Shown: positions 61,036 through 64,000 of the stretch, one piece after another
Position numbering within the stretch: the first letter of the stretch is position 1
How the letters are laid out: the number at the start of each line of letters is the position of its first letter
Source: Penicillus capitatus
Lineage: Eukaryota > Plantae > Chlorophyta
Direction of reading: 5' to 3'
DNA: 64,000 nucleotides
Assembly: GCA_965649825.1 (NCBI GenBank)
Contig: OZ287694.1
Coordinates: forward strand, 867,197 to 931,196
Translations under genes and position numbers: made by a program
Notes under the pieces: model-generated
Databases searched by the model: none
What the model was told of the DNA's origin: nothing
The model's input: the letters and a program-made list of their open reading frames with translations, nothing else

Positions 61036-64000
61036 TCACACATTGGAAGGTGGAGCTGGATTGTTGGGTTTATTCGAAGGTTTGTTTTTGCGGTTGCGAA
61101 ACAAGTGTCCAAAAGATCCTGAGAGGCGCATAGAAACATAAGCCTTCAAAACACGAAGGATACCCCAATCTTGAATATCTGTCATGCCTTGATCTTCGAG
61201 AACAGCTTTCAGATAGATTTTTGCAGATTTGACAAAGGTATAGGACAAAACAAGAAGATACCCACAGATTGCCATGGACAACAAGACTGTAAGAAAGATC
61301 TTGACAACACCAGACGTGCGATCATCATTAAAGAACAAGCCAGAGGCAAAGGTAAGTTGTGAAACAACCAAAGAGGCCGTCTCAAAGGCATTTAGAGAAC
61401 CATAAGGCTCATCAAAGGGCTGACAGGTACCATGGATATAGTTTGCGAATGTGAGAACGCAGACAGCCAGGATCCCTTGAATGTTTGTTCCCAACGGATA
61501 GGAGAACGTCACCACAACTGTCAGGACAGCCTTCCTCAGCATCACGATCGATTCCCAGAAAACAAAACGTTCTTTATAGGCGCGATACAGAAACCCAGTG
61601 GCATCTGCCAGCCAAGGATTCTGACCAGGCTCATGAGAACGCTGCCGGATCAAGACATAAGCCAAGAGGGCAGGAAGTCCGAAAGAGAAAATCGCGAGGA
61701 CCGGCCAGCCGGCAGCCGCGGCGAGAACAGTGTGAGATCCCTCGTAGCACTTCAGGGAGGTGTCAAGCGCCCAGTACTCGGAGGTATGATCATCGTCGAA
61801 CTCTGTAGAATCGTGGACCTTGATGCAGTGGAGCGTGTTGACGGCGGTCTTGGTGATGGAGACGTAGGTTATGAAGGAGACGGCCAGAAAGCTCAGCAGC
61901 GCCCTCTTCGCGAAGTACCACGTGTTCTCTTTGTACTTCCGAGTCATGAGGATCCAGAAGATGAGGTAGAAGATCAGTATGCCTACAGGAATGAGGAGGT
62001 GGATGACCGATCGCAGCACAGATCTGGGAGGATCGGTGTGTTGATCGAAGAGGCAGTCGACAGAGAGCGTCACTCCTGCAGTGGCAGCTCCGCTTACGAA
62101 GTCTGCAGACACAGCAACCAGTCAGCAGCCGGATCTCGGATGTACACAACAAGCATACCTGCCCCGAATAGCAAGGAACGCATCCACGACGTCCAGTTCA
62201 CGTTGATGATTGCAGCTGCAGCGATCACTTGGAGGAAGTTGATGCTGATCTACAACACAGAACAGGTCGAAGAAGAGAAGGCACGAAGGACGTTCATTGT
62301 GCCTTGAAGATCTCGACGACAGTCCGCTTTGCAATAGTAGCTGGTGGGTCTGTCTTTGCAATAGTTGGGTCTGTAGTGGATGCACTCATCGTGGATCCGG
62401 TTGCAAGCGGTTCTGGACGAACATCTTCAGGCTGCACCTCTGTGGTGTTCACCGTCTCCATTATCTCGAAGTTACCTGGAGTGTCAATTGACGGTCTTTT
62501 CTTTGGAGGGACAAGGCGACGATTTCTTCGACTGATTCGAATCCTTGAATTCTGATTTTTCACCGGCTGAGTGTTCAGGTTGCTTCTGATTGCGAAACTG
62601 GAGAGGATCAGCAACACACAAAGAGAGGCCACAAGAAGCAATACGGTTCCAGAATCGTGAAGGCACTTGCCACAATCAAACGACCAAGAACGTCCGTATC
62701 CAGCATCGCATGAGCCACAGAGGAGACCTGTGTAGCCCTGAGGCAGAGAAAGCTCAGCAATTGGAATATCACTGTCGAAGCTCACTTCTTTGCATTGAGC
62801 CTGAGAGTAGTCTCTGTCTAACGACGCGTCCAGTTCGCAGGTCTCCATTTCGCGCGTCGCGTCATCCAAATCCTCTTCACGGCCGCTGAAGTCACATGCC
62901 TCTCGCGATACACATTGCTGAACATGTCGAGAGCAGGGCGTTCGATGCCAGTAGCCTGCATTAGGATGGATGACTTCGGTGGTGCAGTTTGCGTTCTCTG
63001 GACACGGTTGACACGTCGTTGCATCTGGATCGAAGTTGCACTGCGATCCGCTGCAAGGAACACAGAGCGTCCCGTTCTCCTGGGAAAACTCTCCCAGCTT
63101 GCAATCTCGAACTTGGACCTCGACAGTCAGCGATTCCAGTCCAGACTCGCTGAAGTTTATTTGGATCTCGTACCGGCCTGGACGCTGGAATCCTGTGATG
63201 GGCGGGAAGCCCTTCCGCATCTCGTTTACTGGCATGTTGATCTCTCCAGAGAACAAATCGTTCGGAGAATGCATGGTTGCCTGGACGAATGTGTCGCCTT
63301 CGCCGAGCGCAGGACTCTGTCCATACCCATCCAGGACCTCGACGAGAAGCGTTGGTAGGGAATCTCCGCTTCTGTGATTCTTGGAAACGAGTTCGTTGTT
63401 CTTTACCGGCTTCTCGGTCTTTGCTGCATCGTTGTTGCGTATGAATCCCCTGGCGGATCTGGCAGACGAGGCGATGTTTGGGCCGTATAGACCAGCCTCG
63501 TTTGTGGACCACTCCGGACAGATATCCTCGGCCGATTCCAGTGCGTCCAATTCTTTTAAAACATCTGTCGCATCGATCGCTGGAGGGACTTCTGTGTCTT
63601 TGGGAGAGCAAGAGTAACGAAGGACTGTTGGATCTTTCAGGAAAATGGCACCCCCTGACGTCTTTGCCTTATTCTTCGAAAACCTGCTGCCTGTTACCGC
63701 TACAAAGGTGCAGGGATCATGTGAATTCGTGCAACTCTGTCGACGACGATGAGTGGCAATGTGCACTGCACCTATAACATGATGACTCTCAGGAATTGTT
63801 TGCTTCTGAATTATTCTCACACCTCCAATACTGGCATTGTTGTCGTTGAATGTGCAGTTGTTTAGCTGCAGCGCAGGAGAGCGGGGCTCGGAGGAATCAA
63901 AGGCGATTGCTCCCCCCTTTTTTCCAGCCCGGTTTTTGTCGAAGGTGCATTTAGCACATAGTAAAATGGAAGAGACATTTGCAAAAATGGCCCCACCTGC
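61036..64000 (-). CDS. Receptor-like protein copy 6 (5' part outside window)
   Basis: TM exon 61036-62112 and stalk 62294-63820 are near-identical to copy 5. Beta-helix repeats continue to the window edge. Ends PSNV-TGA. Confidence 0.88.

Overview
Eukaryotic nuclear DNA from a compact chlorophyte green-algal genome with a flagellated stage. The evidence is 46-70 nt spliceosomal introns, TGTAA poly(A) signals, a Bld12-like SAS-6, a nuclear HCF244 and the standard genetic code; the exact taxon cannot be determined. The first ~14 kb is a dense housekeeping block: ANK-BTB protein, HSP90, Na+/solute symporter, SAS-6, a CCDC6-like protein and small membrane proteins. From 15.2 kb to the end is a tandem array of very large minus-strand genes. 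They encode signal peptide + Chlamydia-Pmp-like (GGA[ILV]/FxxN) beta-helix + Cys-rich stalk + multipass membrane domain (4 complete copies, 1 running off the window, 1 captured fragment). These alternate strictly with four paralogous small secreted preproprotein genes that share a 31-34 nt micro-exon and an unrecognised C-terminal motif. Receptor 'head' subtype co-varies with small-protein subtype, and the receptors are recombination mosaics. A decayed ~8 kb block (HCF244 and SMC1 pseudogenes, a templated receptor fragment between palindromic repeats) sits at the junction of two repeat units. All gene models, identities and alignments were made by eye.
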